From Mobula hypostoma (lineage: Eukaryota), in assembly GCF_963921235.1 (NCBI RefSeq), contig NC_086101.1, positions 10,790,001-10,854,000 on the forward strand: 64,000 nt of DNA, given 5' to 3'. A program made the translations under genes and the position numbers. The notes beneath the pieces were generated by a model. It did not search any database. It was given only the letters and a program-made list of their open reading frames with translations, and was not told the origin of the DNA. This document shows, in pieces, positions 12,290 to 23,412 of this stretch (positions are counted from its first letter, which is position 1; each line of letters begins with the position of its first letter).

Positions 12290-14180
12290 ATAGTGGTCTA
12301 TAAATTACAACAGGAGATAGGAAATCTATACCAAAAGGGCAATGTCACAATAGTCATAGGGGATTTCACTATACACGTAATTAAGAAAGTCAGGTTGATG
12401 CTGGAGTCCATCGGAGAATTTCTGGAATACCTGCGAAATGGCTTTCAGAGCAGCTTGTGGTTGAGCCCACTAGAGAATGACCTATTCTGCATTAGAGGAT
12501 GTGTGATGAACTGGAATTGATTAGGGAGCTTAAGGTAAAGGAAATCTTAGGGACCAGTGATCATAATATAATCGAATTCACCTTTAACTTTGAGAAGGAG
12601 GCTGGCAAGAGAAGTCAAAGTCAACACAAAAGCCAGAAGGATGGCATACATTAGTGCAAAATTTTGTGGGAAGTTTGAGAATTTAGAAGCTTTTAAAGAA
12701 CACTGGAATCAACTAAAATAGTCATAAAGAAGGAAAAGCTGGAATACAAAGGTAAACTAGATCAGTGGTCTCCAACCTCCGGGCCGTGGACCGATACCGG
12801 AACGTGAAGCATGAAGGGTGCAGCGGAAGCCGGAACGCACCCAACACATCTTTAAGAAAAATGCTGAAATAAACAAGCTAATTAATTAGGTGCCGCCCGG
12901 TACGTAAATGTCGGCCCAGATCAGAGGCGATTGTCGGCTTTTTTCTTAAAGATGTGCTGGGTGCTTTCCGGCTCCCGCTGCACCCTTGCATGCTTTGCGG
13001 TCCGGTTTCGGTCCACGGCCCGGAGGTTGGGGACCTCTGGGTTAAATAGTCATATGAAAGAGTATTTCAAAAAGTTTCTTCAGATAAATAAAGTGTAAGG
13101 GAGAGGCGAGAATAGGCATTGGACCGCTGGTAAATGATGCTGGCGAGGTAGTAATGTGGGACAAGGAAATGACGGATGTACTGAATATGTATTTTGTATC
13201 AGTTTTCAATCTGGAGGACACTTGCCGTATGCTGGAAGTTCGAGAGTGCCAGATGATGGAATAGATGGCTTTGTTGCCAAGTTTGCAGATGATATGAAGA
13301 TTGTTGTTGAGGAAACAGGTGGTCTGCAGAAGGTCACAGAGATTCGGAGAATGGGCAACAAAATGGCAAATGAAATATAATGTTGGAAAATGCATGGTCA
13401 TGCACTTCGGTAGTAGAAATAAATCTACAGACAATTTTCTAAATGGGAAGTAACTCCAAAATTCAGAGATGAAAAGGGAATTGGGAGTCCTTGTGCAGAA
13501 CGATTAACTTGCAGGTTGAGTCGGAAGGCAAATGCAATGTCAGCATTCGTTTCAAGTGGTTGAGATTACCAGAGCAGGGATGTGGTGCTGAGGCTTTATA
13601 AGGCACTGGGGAGGCCTCACCTTGAGTATTGTGGTATTTTATGCTCCTCTTCTAAGAAAAGATTTGCTGGCATTGTAAAGGGTTCAGAGGGGATTCACAA
13701 GGATGATTCCGGCAATGAAAATGTTACCAAATGAGGAATGTTTGATGGCTCTGGGTCTGTACTCGCTTAAGTTTATAAGGATGAGGGTAGATCTCATTGA
13801 AACCTTCATAATGCTGAAAGGCCTATATAGAGTAGATGTGGAAAGGATGTTTCCCATGGGGGAGAGGCTAGACTCCAGGACAAAAGGGCACAGACTCTGG
13901 ATAGAGGGTTGTCCATTTAAAACAGAGATGTGGAGAATTTTCTTTATCCAGAAGATGCTGAATTTGTGGAATTTGTTACCACAGACAACTGTAGGGGCCA
14001 GGTCGCTGGGGGTATTTAAGGCAGAGAGTGCTCGGTTGTTGATTGGACATGGCATCAAAGGTTATGGGGAGAATGCTGGGGACTGGGGCTGAATAAGCAA
14101 AGAAATGATCAGCCATGACTGAATGGAGGAGAATTCTTGATGGGCCAAATGGCTTCATTCTGCTTCTATATCTTATGGTC
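12290..14180 (+). mobile_element. CR1 LINE ORF2, multiply deleted
   Basis: IVIGDF endonuclease; VAKFADDMK RT; RTKGHRL...WNLLPQ C-terminus; CTATATCTTATGGTC tail. Confidence 0.85.
12763..13039. mobile_element. hAT (Charlie-type) MITE with ~105-bp inverted arms
   Basis: CAGTGGTCTCCAACCTCCGGGCCGTGGACCG... pairs with ...CGGTCCACGGCCCGGAGGTTGGGGACCTCTG; flanks AACTAGAT/GGTTAAAT share only the central TA and final AT. Confidence 0.85.
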
Positions 14181-14667
14181 ATATATCGTTTTTTTTTCTT
14201 TTGAGTGAATATGCTTCTTTGCTCCATATTTTGAATTATGTTACTTGCTAATTTGAATGCTTTGCACTTTGTCTCCAGAGGAATTCTATCTCATTCAGCT
14301 ATACCTGTATATGGTTTGATTGATAATTAAACTTGATTTGATTTGAAACGTCACCTGTCGACTTCCCTCCATAAATGTTACCTGACATGCTGGGAGTGTG
14401 TTACACCACTACAAGCTCCACCTTACAAAGATTCACTTTGACTTCCCTCTTCCAGTCAGCACCAACACTACCTGTCCCAGTTATAGTAAAGGTGGAGTTG
14501 AAGACCCGGGAGAAGCGGGGAGCTCCGGAACCGCCGCCCATGGCTACTGCTGAATCCTCAGTTTTTACTGTTCCGTCGATGGATGCTGCTAACGCATTAA
14601 AATTAATGGATCGATAATTCTCATATCACGTTTATTTCACTCTCCGCACATTTATATTCACATTGAC

Positions 14668-15213
14668 TTAATCCTGACGCTGGCCCCGGGATCGACCTGA
14701 TTTCAAACCTGGAGCAATTCTCAGTATCTGGTTTTCATATCCAGTCGCTAATAAAGGATAAAGTTTCCCCATGAGCTTAATCCCAGTCAAGGTGTGGAGA
14801 TGGGACTTGATCTCCGCGTTGTAGAATAAAACAATCGTTACTGAGATAAACACCCACCCTTCTGGGCATGCAACCGGCAGGGAGACGGGATTCAGGGGAG
14901 GTGAGAACCTTGATTACGTCATCAACTGGCCCGATGATGCAGAATCTGTTCTCCGGACTCAGTTTGACCAGTCCCACCCTCTCCAGAGACTCTGCGGCGA
15001 CTCCCAGACTCCAGCTTCGATTCCTTACCACATCCACCTCCCAGTAATGTGTCCCCGATGTGAATTCTTCCGATCCCAGCACACAAAGCCAGTATATGAA
15101 CCTCTTCCCGGTGTCAAGGAGATCCCTCTGGATCCCGGTACATCTCATACTCTTCGGATTCTCAGAAAGCTCGAGTCACACATTCGCCGTTTTCACATCC
15201 AGGTTGACAGAGA
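14668..15213 (-). pseudogene. B30.2 (PRY-SPRY) terminal exon of a TRIM-like pseudogene
   Basis: Polypyrimidine tract plus AG acceptor at 15214-15215; SVNLDVKTANV*LELSE...KRFIYWLCVLGSEEFTSGTHYWEVDV...LGVAAES...RVGVYLS / FYNAEIKSHLHT...KLYP; in-frame TGA at 15176-15178 and a frameshift near 14835. Confidence 0.9.
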
Positions 15214-15639
15214 CTAGGGGGAGAAGTAGAGAACGAGAGAGTCCCCGTGGACTACAGCGGATGGATAACCGGAATCTTCCAATGGATTTTCCTCCACAAT
15301 AAAGAGCAGAGTTTTCCCGACCAATTTGTATCCAATTTGTCAAATCATACTATATCCCATGTGATCTAACTCTCTGGAATAACCTTACATGAAGTATCTT
15401 GTCAAATACCTCACTAAAGTCCATGCAATGTCTACTGCATTTCCACCATCTTATTTGTCATTTTAAGAAACTCAAATTCATGAGACATGAATGCCAACTT
15501 GCCTATCCCTAGTAAGCCCTTGCCTTTCCAAATGAACGTTGACCCTGTCTCTCAGAAACCCATCCATTAATCTCCCCACCGCTGACATTAGGCTCAGCGG
15601 TCAGTTTGAGCCTTCAGTTAAGAAGGTCATACCAGGGAG

Positions 15640-17000
15640 CTCCAGGCTGCAGAGTCTAACATCAGTGGTGGGAAAGTTTCTGAGAGACGGGATCAAATAG
15701 CATTTCAAATGGCAAAAGACCGATTTCGGGACAGTTGGAACAGTGCTGTGCATGGGAAAGCTCGTCTTATAAATTTGTGTTCTTTGAAGAGGCTACAGAG
15801 AGGATTGACCACACAGAGCGGTAGACGTTGTCCACATGACCTTCAGCACGGCAATTGACATCGATTGCAGACCACACTTGAGAGTACCGTTTGCATTTCG
15901 GGTTCCACAACTAAGGCAAGCATGTCATTGCACTGGACAGGGACTAGAATATAAAGGTAAGGAGATAATGCTGAGATTTTAAAAGACACTATTCAGGCCG
16001 CACTTGGAGTATCGTCAACAGTTTCGGGCCCCATATCTCAAAAAGGATGCGTTGTCATTGGAGAGAGTCCAGAAGAGTTTCACAAGGATGATTCCGGGAA
16101 TGAAAGGGTTAACATTGGAGGAGCTTTTGGCAACTTTGGGCCTGTATTCACTGGGATTCAGAAGAATAGAGAGGGACCTCACTGGAACGTACCAAATGTT
16201 GAAAGGACTAGATAAGACGGGTGCGGAGAGATTGCTTCTTGTGCTGAGGGTGTCCAGAACTAGAGGACACAGCCTCAAAATTGAAGGGGGACCTTTTAAA
16301 ACAGAGGTAAGGAGGAATTATTTTAGCCAGAGCGTAGTGAATTTGTGGAATGTTCTGCCGCATACTGCAGTGGAGGCCAAGTCTGCGGGGATATTTAAGG
16401 CACAGGTTGGTCACTTCTTGATCAGTCAGGGCATCAATGGATAGGGCGAGAAGGCAGATGTATGGGGTTGAGTGGGACCTGGGATCAGCCATGTTGGAAT
16501 TTCGAAGAAGACTCCATGGGCTGAACGGCCTATTTCTGCTCCTATGTTTTATGGTCTTATGGACAAGGAGTTTCGGAAGGATGTTCCCAGGACTGGAGGG
16601 TTTAGGTTAAAAAGTGGGCTGAATAAGCTGGGGCTATTAGCTGGAATGCTGGATGTTGAAGGGTGATCCCTTATCGAGGAATATAAAATCATGAGGGGCA
16701 TAGGGTCTTTTTTCCCCAGAATAGAGGAGTCCAAACCAGAGGGCATAGACTGAAGGTGTGTGGGGAATGACTAATCAGAGATCTGCAAGGCAAACTTCTC
16801 ACTGTAAGGAAGATGGGTAGATATGGAATTTGCTGCCGGAGGAAGCCGTAGACTCAGGAATAATTAAAATATCAAAATATTTAAAAAAATAAATTTAGGT
16901 ACATGGATAGGAAATGGTAGGATGGATGTGGGTCAAACACATGGAAATGGGACTTGTTCAAGAAGACATCTCAGTCCGGATGGATGAGTTGGGCTGTGGG
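15640..17000 (+). mobile_element. Stacked CR1 RT/3'-end fragments
   Basis: RPHLEY...LERVQKSFTRMIPG...RTRGHSLK...VVNLWNVLP (16004-16444); older 3' fragment at 16560-17000. Confidence 0.8.
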
Positions 17001-17205
17001 TTCAACATCAGCCAAACCCCTTTTCAGAATATCCTCCTGAGGAATCTCACCCTGGAGCCTGTCTGTGAACTGCTGATGTGACGTCTGGTGAAAAGGCCAT
17101 TCATGGCACAGAACAGACAGACTGGATAAAGCTGGCAGAAATCATGTCTAACTGGAAATTTGTGACTGAGTCCCACTCGGATGGTTCATCTGGGTATGTG
17201 ACACT

Positions 17206-17250
17206 GTGTTTTTGTGTGTGTGTGCGTGTGTGTGTCCGTGTGTGTGTGTT
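17206..17250. repeat. (GT)n-rich microsatellite
   Basis: Imperfect TG dinucleotide run. Confidence 0.8.
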
Positions 17251-18021
17251 GATTGGGAAAATATCAATGAGGGTGTGTACCTACTGAAGGTGAGTGTGCG
17301 CATTGAAGGATTTGTATGTTACAGTGTGTCTTCGCATGCCCAGCGTGTGTTGACAATGTGTGACGTGTGTGAGTTGCTCAAGAGATTGGTTTCCATGTTG
17401 CTGAGGGAACTAACAACATGCAGTGCTGAGACTCTGACTACAGTCTGCCAATCCTTCCTGTGTATGTGTGTGGGGGAGATTTGCCAGGCCGGTAATGCTG
17501 TGTGTGATTCTTCCGCGGTGAATTCTTGAAAGAGGTTAATGGTGTCGGTATGTCAATATTCATAACAACAGTAAGGCTCGCAAGTCCAGCGAGGAGCAGA
17601 TCTGAGTCAGTCAGAGTCTACAATCATGGACAGGTCAGACAGGCAAGAAGGACTGGTGTATTTTTCTGCTAATCCCTGTCACCACAGTGATACCCTTTTA
17701 ATGTCATTAATTGAATATTACTTTCAGAGATTCTGTGTTAGGATTCAAACTTATGCATTGGTGTATTTGTCCAGTGCAAATGGGATCCGGATGTAATAAC
17801 CTAACAGTCCCGTGACTTGCTTGTGTTTTGCCCCCGTGCGAGTGTGTTCAGGGTTCTGACGACTCCAGCTGACCATGTGACAGTGCTGCTTTCCAGCAGG
17901 TGGGGTTGATGCCAGAATAAATATAATTTCCCACTCAGCCTATTATTACAGCCAAATTTTGTGTCTAATTATAACTTATTTGTGTTACACAAATAAGGAC
18001 AAACTAATCTGAATGTTTTAC

Positions 18022-18114
18022 CTTGCTTAATGCCATCAAACGGTTTTCCCAACGTGATGTCGAAAACATAGGGATGATAAAATTTTTCAACCAGTCCGGA
18101 CATCATCACTAATC
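18022..18114 (-). pseudogene. Penultimate exon of the TRIM-like pseudogene (frameshifted)
   Basis: AG acceptor at 18115-18116 and GT donor at 18020-18021; reads RISDDVRT / VEKFYHPYVFDITLGKPFDGIKQ; 93 bp does not fit the phase 2 to phase 1 requirement, so there is an internal indel. Confidence 0.75.
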
Positions 18115-18209
18115 CTGTAAATATTATACAACTAGTTATAAACTGAGAGTCAGCGATAATTAAACTATTTTATAAATCCATACAGTGTTTCAGTTAACAA
18201 AAAAGAAAA

Positions 18210-18412
18210 ATATCTGCACATGCTGGAAATCTGAAGAGCACACACAAAATGCTGGAGGAACTCAGCAGGCCAGGCAGCATCTATTGAAAAGAGTACAGTC
18301 AAGGTTTTGGGCTGAAACACTTGAAGAATTTCAGCCTGAAACATCAACTGTATTCTTTCCCATAGATGCTGACTGGCCTGCTGAGTTCCTCCAGCACTTT
18401 GTGTGTGTTGCC
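18210..18412. repeat. Inverted pair of Penelope-type terminal repeats (hairpin) in the TRIM intron
   Basis: CACACAAAATGCTGGAGGAACTCAGCAGGCCAG... is mirrored by ...CTGGCCTGCTGAGTTCCTCCAGCACTTTGTGTG; same motif recurs at ~45190, 46000, 52020, 62650. Confidence 0.65.
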
Positions 18413-18439
18413 AGAGTTTCAGTAAAGACAACGTCCTAC

Positions 18440-18462
18440 CTCCTCTTCCGAAGAGCTTCCTC
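18440..18462 (-). pseudogene. 23-bp micro-exon of the TRIM-like pseudogene
   Basis: TTTATTTCAG|GAGGAAGCTCTTCGGAAGAGGAG|GTAGGA encoding EEALRKRR; a 23-bp exon after the coiled coil is typical of TRIM-B30.2 genes; phase matches the next exon. Confidence 0.75.
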
Positions 18463-19159
18463 CTGAAATAAATAGAACACATCTTAATTGACTGAGCCCC
18501 AACAACAGGAATTTGAGCCAAATTAATGCAAGCTGCTGAAAATTCCTGCTTAAATCGCTCCGACTGAATACACGGAGAAACTGGGACAGAGAACCACAGG
18601 AGAAAGTATAAGGAATGTTTATGAAAATTATTCCATAACTGAGAGGATAGAACTTACAGGAGAGACTGGACAGGTTATCTCGATATGATGTCAGGGAGGA
18701 TCAGATAGAGGAGTTTAAGATCCTGAATGGATTTACTGGGGTAGCAGTGGAGAAAATATTTCTGCTAGTCAAAGATAAAACATCAGTTGGCTGTGAATAA
18801 ATCCCAAAAGAAATGTAGTGATGAGAATATCAGAAACATACTCACAGCCTATGACTATAACTGGGTGTTACTCTGAGTATCAGGGGAGATTATACGTCGA
18901 AATCACACAAACAATCGTCAGCTCTGTCAGATCAGAGTAACTCATTCCCAAGAAGGTTGCAGAATATCCTGTGATGTACAGATACTTTGAGAGGCCAGTT
19001 TGTTGAAAACAACACTCCTGAAGAGTCAAGCCATCGTATGCTTGTAACTGATCCATATCAGTTTACAACTATAGTACTGTATTTGTAAATACCACATTGA
19101 GATAAAATACATCATTTTGAGAATGTACATTTACCGAACCAAACTGAAATCCCTCACCA

Positions 19160-22100
19160 TGTTGCAAGGACGTGGCTGGGGACGAACCCAAGTGCAGGAC
19201 ACAGATGCTGCGGCAGAGTCGTTAGGCGTAGCACCTCCGCGAACGGGGAGCCGATATCCAGGAGACGATGTGAAGCTTAAAACTAACAGTTGTCAGGAAT
19301 AGGAAACAAGGTTTACGCTCACAAGAGTCGACCAATGAACTGGCGACTTCTTGCTGTGGTCACAGGGTTCTTATCCTGCCGTTTGCTGGGAAGCAGGTCC
19401 GTGTAGTTAGTGATACCTGGGAATGATTGGAATCTAAATGAGGTGATCGAGCCCCAAATCTTGAGGCAAATGGCAAGGTGGGGGATTGACAGACGGGACC
19501 ATGACAGTACACCCACCCCCACCCCCCCCCCCCCAATGGGAGCCTCCAGGCGATCCTCCCGGCCAGTCCGGATGGTCCCAATGAAAATCCTGGATGAGGG
19601 TAGGGTCTAGGATGAAGGAGTGGGGGACCCAGGAACGCTCTTCTGGAGCGTACCCTTCCCAGTCCACCAGATATTGGAGACCTCTGCCCCGACGGCGCAC
19701 ATTTAGTAGTCGTCGGACGGTGTATGCCGCATGGTTGTCGATGATACGTGCAGGTGGGGGAGTCTCGGCAGGGGGACAGAGCGGGCTGATGGAAACTGGT
19801 TTTAACTGAGACAAATGAAAGTTTGGGTGGATGCGCACGGATCTAGGCAGCTTTAGGCGGACAACTGTGGGATTGATTATCCTTTCAACCTTGAATGGTC
19901 CCAGGAAACGAAGGGCGAGTTTTCTATGTTCGTTCTTGAGCGGGGTGTCCTTGGAGGCCAGCCACACCATATGCCCAGGTTGGTACTCCGGCGCTGGGAT
20001 GCGGTGTCTGTCGGCTGTCTTCTTATTTCGATTTATTGATTTGAGGAGGACCGTGCGCGTCTCCTCCTAAATCTTATGGCACCGATTAATATGGTCCTGA
20101 ACCGACGGTACTGCAATCTCTTCTTCTTGCGCGGGAAACAACGGGGGTTGGTACCCAAGGGAGCACTCGAACAGAGACCTCCCAGTGGCAGAGCTCACCA
20201 GAGAGTTGTGGGCATACTCAACCCACGGGAGGTGCTCGCTCCAGGTCGATGAGTTGCTTGCCGTTACGCAACGGAGCGTCGCCTCCAGGTCTTGGTTTGC
20301 CCGTTGCGTCTGCCCGTTCGTCTGGGGGGTGGAAGCCGGATGACAGGCTGACCGATGCGCCCATGGCTTGGCAGAAGGCCTTCCATACTTGCGAGACAAA
20401 CTGGGGACCTCGATCGGAGACGATGTCCGCGGGGATTCCGTGGAGGCGGAAGACGTGGCGGACGAGAAGATCTGCGGTTTCCTGAGAGGAAGGAGGTTTA
20501 GAGAGGGCCACAAAGTGCACCGCCTTGGAGAATCGGTCTACCACAGTGAGGACTGTGGTGTTTCCGCGGGAAGGGGGTAGACCGGTGACGAAGTCTAAGG
20601 CGATGTGTGACCAGGGGCGACCAGGGACAGGTAGAGGACGAAGTAGCCCCGCAGGTGGTCGATGAGAGACTTTTCTCCGGGCACAGATGGAACAAGTTGA
20701 GACGTAAGAACGGGCGTCCCCCTCCATGGACGGCCACCAAAGCGCTTCCTCAGGAGAGCCAGGGTCCGATCACTCCCGGGGTGGCAGGCGAACCGGGATG
20801 TGCGCCCCCATTGGAGAACCTGGGACCTGACGGAGGCGGACACGTACACGTGATCGCCGAGTCCATTGCCCGGGTCGGGGTGGTCCCGCTGGGCTTCCTT
20901 TACTTTAGCCTCGATCTCCCAAGTGAGGGTGGCAACCACGCAGGAAGGTGGGAGGATAGTCTCGGGACCGGAGGTGTCATCCTTGGAGTCATGCGTAAGG
21001 GTAAACCTGAACGTGTTGCTGGGGACTGCTGGAAAAGATTAGGATGTCATCCAGATAGACAAACACAAAACGGTTAATAATGTCTCTTAGTACATCGTTA
21101 ATCAAGGCTTGAAAGACTGCAGGGGCATTGGTGAGGCCAAAAGGCATGACCAGGTACTCGAAGTGGCCTAACGGAGTATTGAATGCCGTCTTCCACTCGT
21201 CCCCCTCCCTTATTCGGACCAGATGGTGGCGCTTCGTAGGTCCAGCTTCGAGAAGATGGTGGCTCCGTGAAGTGGTTCGAACGCAGAACTTATCAGAGGC
21301 ATTGGGTACTTGTTCTTTATGGTTATATGATTTAGGCCTTGGTAGTCGATGCAGGGACGTAGGGAACCATCCTTCTTCCCCGCGAAGTGAACCCTGCGCC
21401 CACCGGGGAGGATGAGGGTCAGATGATGTCCGCCGCGAGAGATTCACTGATGTAACCCTCCATTGCTTCCGTCTCTGGCCGGGATAAGTTATACAGCCGA
21501 CTGGTGGGCAGAGGAGCTCCTGGGAGAAGGTCGATAGCACAATCGTATGGTCCGTGTGGAGGCAGGGAAAGGGCGCGTTGTTTACTAAACACGTGTCCCA
21601 GGTCGTGGTACTCCGCTGGAACCCTGGACAAGTCAGGGAGTTCAACTGCAGGTGGGGTCGAGGTGGTTTCACAGGGGAAAGGGCCGACTGCAGACAGATG
21701 GCGTGACAAAATGGACTCCAGCTGGCTATCCTCCCGGCAGACCAATCAATGCAAGGGTTGTGGCGGCTCAACCATGGGTACCCAAGAACTATTGGGGCTT
21801 GAGGGGAGGAGATCAAGTTAAATTGTACCTGTTCCCGATGGTTCCCCGAGAGAATCAAAGACAGTGGTGGGGTACAGTGAGTGATTCGGGCCAGAAGTCT
21901 TCCGTCCAGTGCCCGGGCTTCCAGAGAGGTAGTCAACGGCTCTCGAGGAATTCCGGCCTGGGTTGCTATATCTTCATCCAACAGATTCCCCTCAGCACCG
22001 GAGTCTATCAAGGCAGACAAGGACAGGGACTGTTGGTTGTAGCTTACAGTGGCTTGGACTTGCATCCGGGATTGGGCGACAGAAGGGAATGTGGTCTGAC

Positions 22101-23412
22101 TCACCAGGGTCTCTCTTTCTACTGGTGAGCCCTCCCCTTTTGGCCGAAGGGAACAGGGGTCACGCAAATGGCTAGACTGACTGTAATAGAAACAATCCCC
22201 GGCTCTTAATCTCCGGAGCCGCTTGCATGGAGATGGACGGCTCCGTCTCAGCTGCATTGGTTCCTCTCCCGGGGTGGTGGAAACGGCCGGGCCGGATGCT
22301 ATTCTACGAGTGGGAGGAGGGGAGAGGTTAGGGCTAGGAGTAGATGGTAAAGAATGCCGTGGGGTGGCCAAAGGACGACCGGTTCTCTCCCTCTGTCGTT
22401 CTCGGAGTCGGTTGTCCAGCCTTGTGGCTAGAGAGATCAATGAATCCAGGCTGTTAGTGTCATCCCTAGCCGCCAGCTCGTCCTTTACCTTGTCACAGAG
22501 GCCTTGCCGGAAAACCTCCTGGAGTGTCTTATCATTCCAGCCCGAGTCGGCCGCTAGTGTCCGGAACTCCACGGAGTATTCTGCAACACTACGTGAGCCC
22601 TGATGGAGGGTGAGCAGCCGCTTAGCGGCATCTTTACCGCGGACGGGATGGTCAAAAATCTTCCTTATTTCTGAGATGAAGGTGGGGAAGGAAGAGCAGG
22701 TCTCTGGCTGATTATCCCAGATCGCGGTGGCCCACGCTAAGGCATTTCCTCGTAACAACCCCATACTGTAAACTGTTTTAGATCTGTCCGTGGCATACGT
22801 GGATGGCTGCTGCTCGAACACCAGGGAGCATTGCAGCAGAAAAGCCCGGCACTTCCCCAGATCTCCGGAGTAGGGTTCTGGTTCTGGGACGCGCGGCTCC
22901 CTTAGTGGACGTGTTGACGCCTCGGGCGTCGCCACCGCAGACTGTCTGGTCCGGTCAGACGCAGTTCCCGGAGTCGACGGGGTAAGATGGGTGGATACTC
23001 GGTCGACCTGTTCACTGACCTTTCTTACGTCTACTGACAGGCTTCGGAGGTTTTCCATGACTTCCCGGAGCAGCTGATCATGCAAGCCCAATAGGGAGCC
23101 CTGGCTGGCGAGGGCTTCTTGCAGAGGATTCGTGTCCGCTGGGTTCATGTTGGCCGGTTCGTTCTGTTGCAATAACGTGGCTGGGGACGAACCCAAGTGC
23201 AGGACGCAGATGCTGTGGCAGACTCGTTTAGGCGTAGCACCTCCACGAACGGGGAGCCGATATCCAGGAGACGATGCGAAGCTTAGAACTAGCAGGTCTC
23301 AGGAATAGGACACAAGGTTTACTCTCACAAGGGTCGACCAACGAACTGGCGGCTTCTTGCTGTGGTCACAGGGTTCTTATCCTGCCGTTTGATGGGAAGC
23401 AGGTGCGTGTAG
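19160..23412 (-). mobile_element. Tf1/sushi-type chromoviral Gypsy element, copy A (RT-RNase H deletion, 5' LTR truncated)
   Basis: 3' LTR 19160-19506; G-rich PPT ~19510-19540; chromodomain ([20 protein letters not shown]); integrase ([23 protein letters not shown]); RT ([25 protein letters not shown]...YLDDILI) joined directly to pre-integrase sequence near 20995; protease LIDSGA; gag ATG at 23148; partial 5' LTR 23165-23412. Confidence 0.95.

Noticed and set aside
14668..15213. B30.2 exon as the cytoplasmic domain of the butyrophilin-like gene
   Set aside because: Opposite strand and upstream; it links by phase to the TRIM-type exons at 18.0-18.5 kb.
17040..17075. Possible extra small exon (minus-strand GTGAGA donor)
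   Set aside because: No convincing acceptor or recognisable peptide, and the flanking TRIM exons already join in phase without it.
20989..23196. 735-aa ORF as a domesticated PEG10/RTL1-like host gene
   Set aside because: It lies between LTRs of a recognisable retrotransposon, drifts out of frame after the protease, and its listed start is inside the LTR.
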